The position numbers and the translations under genes are program-made. Below the pieces are notes generated by a model. It saw only the letters and a list, made by a program, of their open reading frames with translations. It did not search any database and was not told the origin of the DNA. 64,000 nt of DNA from Eledone cirrhosa (lineage: Eukaryota), in NCBI GenBank assembly GCA_964016885.1, contig OZ024743.1, forward strand, positions 267,654,001 to 267,718,000, given 5' to 3'. Below, piece by piece: positions 56,488 through 64,000 of this stretch (the first letter of the stretch is position 1; every line of letters starts with the position of its first letter).

Positions 56488-59400
56488 CTGTTTCGACACA
56501 CGATTTCATATAAAAAAACCTCGCAAAACTATATATATATATATTTATATATAAGTTTGTGTTTTTGTGCGTGTATGTGTGTTTGTGTGTCATTGTATTT
56601 GTGTATAAAAGTAATGTATGCAGCATGTCGAAGTGCAATGACGTCTGCTTTACAAGCACGAGGTCTCTTATTGGATCTTACCACTTGGCATAATGGACAC
56701 GTCTCTGTTCTACCCCCAGACCGAACGAGGCATTTTTACGGACATTGTGTAGACTGTAAGAGTATAGAACCCCATCCGATGTATGTACATGTAATTCAAG
56801 TGTTTTGTAATACATTATGTTGAAGTTTTCCGAGAATAACTTAAAGGATACAGGACTCTGCAGAATACTCTGTCACTTAATGACTAAATGAATGGCGTTG
56901 TAGGTTAGATGATTGAACTTCTGAAATCTCGCCGTCGATTCTCATGGAGATCTATTTCGATGCAACTTTTAAGTGACATATATATGTAAGCAGATATGAA
57001 ATCTACTCAATTAAACAAATCTGTTATGTCTTCCCTGCAACTGCATCGTTATAGTGCATCAGTGGCCAGTCACAACCACCTTATATATGCATGTGCAGAT
57101 ATGTACTGCGGGAAAAAGCCGGCGTAAGGCGTTATTTTAGTCAGTGTATTTGTTAGCTTTTGAACGATTCTGAGGAAAGTTACTATATTCTAAGATGAAC
57201 ATCTTCTTTGACACATATTTATACCATGTCTGTAGCTATGATTACTGATTGTCTGTTTCATGCGTGATTGAATTTACCATTGTCAGTGAACAGCAGTTTA
57301 TCGCTTCGGATTTATGCAAATCCCTGTCTTTAAGAACAAGAGAATGATCGAGATATAGAAGACGCAAAACAAAGGCAGCGTTTTATGAAAGACTAAGTAA
57401 TTAATATAGAATGAGAGAGTTGACTTAGGAAATATTTTGCCTGATGGCTGGATGTCGTGGTTATGTTATGTAACCAACAAGATAATATGAATCTAACGGG
57501 AATAATTTCGGATTTGCTGCCCAAGAACAGCTGTAATTGACAGCTTCTTCTACAGAAGAAATAGCTGAGAATGTTTTTAAGATAATCTAGCTGGAGCGTG
57601 TAACTAAGACACTAAATAAAAGAGGAAAAATCTAATTTTACAAAGAAAACCAAGGAAAATATGCTTCCATTGAAACATCCAGAGATGATATTTTCTGTTA
57701 TGCGAAAAGTGTGCCAAGCGCCCCATATGAGTTCTTTAGGGCTCAGAACATAAAGAATCGGAACGTACCATTTGGCTCTTCAAACATTCCATCAGTCCAC
57801 CACCGCTTGACTGTCACTCTATTTATCGACTGTTCTTCGACGAAATTTCCCAACTTCGGAGGAATTTATAGTAAGAGCACAGAGGGTCACATCAGATACG
57901 ATCAGGCAATCGTTCAGATGCTTTAATCACTCTACCAATCCACCAATTAATGATATATGTTTAAATCACTGAACAATTAAATGTAGAAAGAACACGAGGT
58001 AGAATATGTAAATGTAAATCACCTAGTAAACAGCTAGCTTCAGTGTAACGTTCAAGATGAACCACACTGTTCGGCATGCAATGTAATTTTAGATGTGTTT
58101 ATATTGATTGCCGCCATTTGTCTGGTTGACTCCTATGTATAAACTAACCTTATTTGTGACGAATATCAATTTGAACCATAGACAGAAACTCTCAAATAAA
58201 AGGCAATAATATCGATTCTATTATTTTATAGTTACTATATTTTATCGACTCCAGAAGAGTGAAAGTCAAAATTCACCTCAATGTTATTTCATCACAGAAG
58301 GTAAAGTGCCGTAACTAAATATCTCAAAGCCTTGTGTTTAACGCTATAACAATTGTGTTAAACTACTATCGCTAATACGCCGACAGTGGGAAGAGTGTTA
58401 AGTTAACTAGAGCAGTAGCTGTACAGTTATATGCAAGGAACTGTCCAAAATATGAGCATCAGAAGATATAACAACTTATAAGGAAACTGACAAATATAAA
58501 CCCATCGCAATGTATATTTATCTAGAATAATTGATAATAATTCAATATATACTTTATTGAGTTTTATACATTTCGACGATAAATAGAAGGGCTGCCTCGC
58601 ATCATAAACCCATACAAACACAATCACAAAAATACATACACGTACACAAACGCAAGCACACACACAAACTCCCCAAAATATATATACACAAACAAATGAG
58701 TATACACATACGTTCTGGCTTTTTTTTCCCTGTTTACGTGTGATCTTTTGATCTTTAACACATATGCACACACGTTTTTCGGTCAAACTAAATTTTAAAT
58801 TACAACGATTTGAAAAATATTTGTCTGTATTGTTGTATTAAGCTTAAAAACCGTTCAGGTCACTCACTGTGCCACCATACCTTCTTATATCTTCCACTCA
58901 TAGAACACAGTACGGCGTGATAACTGGTTATCAACGTCGCCTTATAACGCTCACATGACAAAAAGTTACTTGTACAAATGACCTATATTTCCTTTCATTT
59001 TGCTTGTTTTTGTGTGTTTGTTTACAAAATTCTACCTACTAGATGAAAACTATATAATAGTGTAGTATTTCTTTTTATTGTCACAATTTCTTTACATTTA
59101 CGAACGGATGAATACACAATTATTTGTAATAGCGCAAACCAAAGGTTTGTTTATTGAATCACAAGTATTTATGGAACCATGGCTCAGCTAACGCCACTTT
59201 CTGTGGTATTAAGCGAAAGGGAACAGAAAATGTGTCTTCTTCTAATTGTTTCGTCAGTAGCATTTTCACGCACGATAACTGAAATCGGAAGCCGACCATT
59301 GGAAACTATAAACAGGCATACAACAGTCACTAACAACGCACGAGCTAACTATATAAAACAAGCTAAATTCAAAGATGTAGATTGTACTTACTTGAACAAC

Positions 59401-60035
59401 CTATTAGAAATAGCAGCTAAATAACTATGAATCCTACCATTAAAATAAAGTGATATTGGAGAATGTTTACGATGTCTAGTAAGTCAAGCAATTTTTATAA
59501 GCTTCATACAAACCATATAATAGTGAGTTAAAAATGAGAGGATACATTAAAGAGCGAGCGGGTTATGAGTAGAATGGTATCATAAGCTTGATATGATGCT
59601 AAGCAAGTTAAATGTAGGTAGGCGATTAGGAACAGGCAACTGATACAGAAGCTATCATAGCCAGTGTACTCGGGCTCAGCGACCAGCAAGTTTTGATTTG
59701 CAGATACACAGCTGATGAAGAGAACGGAAAGTTCCAAGAAAATTTCATCCATAAATTCTATGAAAACATTTCCCAAATATTTCACGAATAATTTCCCCCA
59801 AAATTCATTAAGTATCTTCTTAGAACACACTTCAAAATGTTCATAAAGAATTCAATCCCATAAAAATTTAATCATTATTAAGAAGTTCATATTTACAAAT
59901 GTTGAGACATTGGATTAGCTGAGACATTTATTAGAAAATATATCATTCAATGTAAAATATGTTGTCTGAATGTAATGTAAATACGATGCAAGGATACATA
60001 TGAGTTGCAAGTACTTTCATCACATACACTAATTA

Positions 60036-62361
60036 CACTGGTCATCAAACTTAAATGCATCATACTCATTATGAATGCAAAACAACTTTTTAAACTAATC
60101 TTTCATGCTGATTTCAAAATGTCACTCCATTTGTATGCAGCACGTATCAGTTTTCAGTAGATACATACAAATATTTACATATTTGTATATATGAAATCAT
60201 TAACGTAATAAATAAGGATATATCATTTTTCGAAAGTAAATGAGTTTATTGAGTTAACAATCATCACTATCATTCTACAAAGAGTGAATACACAAAATAT
60301 GGGTCAGACAACAGAGTTAGAAACATTGCGATTTGGATTTCCTGCGGTGTTCCTTATCTGGTTGATTACGGCAAAGTTTCCAGCAGTAGTCAGCCAGCAT
60401 ATTGTTATTCTAGAAGCCTTGGTACCGTTTCTCCATAGCACTAATGTCTTGGTGAAATCTTTCACCATGTTCATCAGACACTGATCCAAGGTTATCTGCG
60501 AAGAAATCCAGATTGGGGTCCAAGAAATGAACTTTCAGTGACATGATACAACCCACTGAGTAACATTTCAGAAGATTCTTGATGACATCCTTGTAGTCCA
60601 TTGCCTTCTTGTTGCCCAATAAATTCTCACAGATCCAATTGAAAGCATTCCAGGCAGGCAGTTCCAGTTCATCCAGTATTGTCTTGAAGTTGACATCTTT
60701 GAGTACTTCTCTAATTTGGGGTCCGACAAAGATGCCATCTTTCAACTTCGCCTGTGTGATTTTGGGAAGACTTTCTACAAAACCCTCTGTCATTTCTCCT
60801 CCCTAGAGTCTTTACAAACTGTTTAATCAGTCCAAGCTTTATGTAAAAAGGAGGCAATAACATATGACATGGATCTACAACAGGTGTATTCTTGACGCGA
60901 GACAGTCCTGGCTGGTATGATGTTCTTGACTGCCAGTTTGATTCAAATAATGTCTGTCAGTTGCCCGACTATCCCATAGACACATGAAACAACAGTATTT
61001 TGTGAAACCTGACTGCATTCCCATTAACATTCCAATGAATTTTAAATCTCCACATATTTTCCATGAGAATCTTTCATAGGCAATGGCATGAAGTAAAAGT
61101 TCCATATTCTCATATGATTCATGAAGATGAACGGAGTGTACAATAGAAATGGGGGGCTTCAAATTACCATTATCGAGAAGTACAGCTTTTAAACTTCGTT
61201 TTGAAGAGTTAATAAACAGACGCCACACTGCAAGATTATGACTTTGTGATAAACATTCGATATTACTGCAAAAGCAAAGCGGGTCTTCAATAGAAAAACA
61301 CGTTTGTAGAACCACATTTCTCTGCCGAAAATAAGTTATTAGAACACCGTGCCCTAGCAGATGCTTCTCCTTCAGTCTTGCTGCCAACAGTTCTGCTTTA
61401 TCTTTTGAGAGGGGTAGATCTCTATCAAGCTCTTTCAGTTCAGCTTGGGAACATTTCTGAGATTCAAAGTTATCGTCATCAGCCACGTAATCTTCCTCGG
61501 CAGCAAAATCATGACCGTCAGCATCATCATCTGATGTTTCAAAACCATCATTTGGTGGAACTGGAATTGGCAGACATCCATTGTGAGGCACAGGTTTAAT
61601 TGCAGAATCCAAATTGGGATACACAATTTTGTGTTTATTCTTCATAGAAAATCCTGAGATATTTACTTTGCAAAAGAATTAGTCATTAAAATGGTCTTTC
61701 GGCTCCCTCCATATCATTGGAATAGCAAAAGGCATGAACTTCTTCTTATTGAACCAGTCACGTAAGCCATTTGAGCAAGCTGAGCAGATAAAATGTGGTG
61801 CCCATAACTTGTCCTGATCTCTAAGAGGACAGTCAAAGTATAGCTTATAAATCTTCTTGATATCTGGTGTTATTGTACGTTTTTGAGCTTTCACAATAAA
61901 TTATCCACAGACATAAAAAAACACATCAGGACGATTTCTATACTGACATTGTAAAACAAGTAAGGAAATAGATACAAACGGTTATACTTATATTGAATTT
62001 GAGATGATGAAATATTTCATCAGGCCAATTACAACTGGCCAATGTGAGATGTTGAAATACCTATTTCATCAGACAAAACTTGATTGGTTAATTTAAGATG
62101 ATGAAATATTGCATCTGAACTATGGAGCAATGAATAATGTAGCTTATTTAAAGGTATGTTTCCATAATGTAAATGAAATACATGGATACACGTCATTAAT
62201 TGGAATTTCTATACAATGCATGAACTAAAACCAAAATAACTTTGTCATCTTGAAAGCTGTACGTTATGTCAAAAAATTAGTTGTATATTTGAAATCAGCA
62301 TTACAAAGTACACTAAGCACACCATGACATATGCTTCATGAAAAATACGTGTTGAACAGCG
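60036..62361 (-). mobile_element. Chapaev3-like (CMC superfamily) DNA transposon, both ends present, TTA TSD
   Basis: TTA|CACTGGTCA...TGAACAGCG|TTA; inverted subterminal motif ATGCTGATTTCAAA at both ends; encloses the transposase pseudogene. Confidence 0.75.
60316..61950 (-). pseudogene. Chapaev3-type DDE transposase, frameshifted
   Basis: DQDKLWAPHFICSAC...WREPKDH, WRLFINSSKRSLKAVLL, ICGDLK, YCCFMCLWDSRA, GIFVGPQIR, MSLKVHFL...SDEHGERFHQDI; family assignment from recalled motifs. Confidence 0.75.
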
Positions 62362-62828
62362 TTAGCATAATAATCACATAGATCATTACATAAAGTCATC
62401 AATATAATTTAGTTATTTAGTTACATACAAAAAGACACACGCACACACAAAGAAACAATGAAGGTAATAAATTATGTACACGACATTCCAGATAACTGAA
62501 GACTGCTGGTGAAAGACAAGAAAAACAACAAACTTTTAAGATTTTTAGCTTAGATTTTTTTACCTTTTTTTATTTGCTTTGACTGTATGCCCATATGGAC
62601 TCTACACATAGATAAGTTCAATCCCACCGTTCTGATACTGGTGGCTTAGTTCAGATCTAGCTGTCGAAACGGCCGGAGCTCAGCCGTTGAGGGTCCTGAA
62701 TCTTTTCATACATATAAATATATATACATAGCAAGCACTGTTTTAATAATGCACACATGCATAAACTCAAGTGTGACCTTTCATATATACATATATATAT
62801 ATATATATATGTGTGCGTATGTGTGTGC

Positions 62829-62868
<40 letters not shown>

Positions 62869-63626
62869 ACTTAAATGAAACTTATTTACTTTACTCTGCA
62901 CTACCCCAAAACAAGCTTCAAATATTCAACATCACAATAAATCAAATTTAAAATCAACTCAAAAATGTGTACTATGATATCAAGTTTGATCAGACCAGAA
63001 TTGCATTCCATATATAGTTAATGCTTGTTGCGTTTTGCCGGTAAATTAGTAGAATATATTGTAGCATAGGGTTTAAGGTGGTGGACATGCGACCTTAATT
63101 GCGAGGGCTCGATTCTGGGACATAATGTTTTTTTTATGTTCTTGAGCAAACCACCTCATTCAGATGAGCCTGCTGAATCTAATGTCTTGCGACAAAATGT
63201 GATTTTTTTATTTAACAGTGCAGTGCACATAATATGTAATCCTGTTAATTTAAAATAGATTATTACCTAACTAAACGAACACGTTTAAAAATTAACGTAA
63301 CAGGTAAAACACTATAGATAAAGTAACCTCCAACACAAAACATATATATATATAGGTAAATAATTGTTTCTAATGATTTCACTTTACATAATTTAGATTT
63401 AAAATATTACAATTTTGTTTGGGAGATCATTTTTTTTAATAGTACACCCGGGATGTATCTCTTGACAAGGATTGAACCTCAGACCAGGATCTCCATCGTC
63501 TCTAATACCTCCCAATAGCACACTGATACCTACAAATCAAAATTGTAAAATTATAAAGTTATATGCCCAACTGTACCAAGGGTTTCACACATTTTCCAAT
63601 ATATATATTGGAAAATGTAAATATAT

Positions 63627-64000
63627 ATTGTTATACTTTGGGAGGGTCATGTTGCCAATAAGAAACACACGCACCAGTTGCTTTCACTTCAATTTATTAT
63701 ATATTTATAAATTTATAAATTTACAAATCTACAAACTTATAAATTTCTGGTTGGTTGGTTGGTTCCACAACCAGATAGTTGTTTATGTATAGTCATAGTC
63801 CTTTCGTCACACACTCTGTGACCTCTTCAGTGACTGGGGATTCCTTTCTTTGTTTCTGTGCCTTTCCTTTCTTCTGTCCTACGCCATTTTGTTTCTGTGT
63901 GTGTGGTGTGTGCTCAGTTTGCGCATGCGCCACATCCGGGTGTCTGTGTGTGTTTGTGTTCATTTATCTATTTGTTTATTTATTTATTTATTTATTGTTG
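63627..64000 (-). mobile_element. Family D HHR element running off the window end
   Basis: Same terminus as 33600; 63830-63960 matches the reverse complement of 34320-34420. Confidence 0.75.
63791..63835 (-). ncRNA. Minimal hammerhead ribozyme (family D), intact core
   Basis: Minus strand: agtca-CTGAAGA-g-gtcac...gtgac-GAAA-ggac-TA-tgact. Confidence 0.82.

Noticed and set aside
57480-57630. Possible CR1/L2 RT remnant (FGF..KNSC..QLL)
   Set aside because: Too degraded to support as a feature without an alignment.

Overview
AT-rich, microsatellite-saturated eukaryotic DNA. The SINE families and (TA)n/(CA)n/(GA)n/(TAC)n content are typical of an octopus genome (inference). I see no host protein-coding exon, and nearly all listed ORFs are microsatellite artefacts. 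Recognisable content: many tRNA-derived SINEs; decayed R4/Dong-type RLE LINEs; RTE LINEs, one with twin-priming-like 5' inversion and a TSD; Penelope-like (PLE) RT and GIY-YIG fragments; and a complete but frameshifted Chapaev3-like DNA transposon with a TTA TSD. The most striking unannotated signal is about 15 type I hammerhead-ribozyme (HHR) motifs from several unrelated families. They sit in short non-coding cassettes in or next to (TA)n tracts, arranged as fold-back palindromes, long inverted repeats or tandem repeats. Several have greatly enlarged, branched stem II domains. I interpret them as non-autonomous PLE pseudo-LTR/retrozyme-like elements. All motifs were read by eye; no folding or database search was run.
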